Origin: Takakia lepidozioides
Taxonomy: Eukaryota; Plantae; Bryophyta
NCBI GenBank assembly: GCA_030704615.1
Contig: CM060731.1
Coordinates: 2,480,001 to 2,544,000 of the forward strand
Reading direction: 5' to 3'
Length of the DNA stretch: 64,000 nucleotides
The notes beneath the pieces are model-generated. The model saw only the letters and a program-made list of their open reading frames with translations. It did not search any database and was not told the DNA's origin. A program made the translations under genes and the position numbers. Positions 63,901-64,000 of this stretch are shown here, in pieces (positions within the stretch are counted from its first letter, which is position 1; every line of letters begins with the position of its first letter).

Positions 63901-64000
63901 AGTCAGCATTCTACAGGCCTGGATGGCAGTCAGGGGATGGTCATCGTGCACAGCTCCCTGTGACATTCATTGGGGGTATTGCGGCTGCCCAACGGGGCAA
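60955..64000 (+). mobile_element. Family A copy 3 (leader, gag, protease; continues beyond the window)
   Basis: Gag 61377-~63000 with CWTCGGPHVKRHC and CGHCGKYGHGDAQC; aspartic protease VLLDSGAQ (DSG at 63616-63624); collinear with copy 1 up to 9719. Confidence 0.92.

Overview
Eukaryotic, land-plant-like nuclear DNA (probably bryophyte/early-diverging grade; this is an inference from the TE lineages) made mostly of nested, decayed transposons around one apparently intact host gene. In order: (1) 3' part of a CACTA/En-Spm DNA transposon (1-3770). (2) Family 'A' Ty3/Gypsy-like element (~6.8-11.4 kb, +) whose polyprotein reads Gag(2xCCHC)-protease-C5 DNA cytosine methyltransferase-[RT/RH/IN core deleted]-IN C-terminus; other family A pieces lie at ~28.5, ~30 and 61-64 kb. 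(3) Non-chromovirus Gypsy 'C' (11.4-27.3 kb, -) interrupted by a 10.1-kb block: two ~3.2-kb direct repeats around an 876-aa Gag-only ORF with a tRNA-iMet PBS. (4) A 4-exon, divergent Enhancer-of-zeste/CLF-like PRC2 H3K27 methyltransferase gene (32.5-36.1 kb, +). (5) Palindrome-rich non-autonomous elements (38.6-41.7 kb). (6) A recent Gypsy 'B' of the same family as C, with LTRs, PBS and GTACA TSD (42267-49930, -). (7) A chromovirus-type Gypsy (52.5-56.4 kb, +), an LTR-LTR junction and a ribosomal protein P2 pseudogene. The most notable signals are the retrotransposon-encoded DNA methyltransferase and the E(z) paralog that appears to lack the SRM/SANT1 region and has an altered SET pocket. All alignments were done by eye, and identities are approximate.
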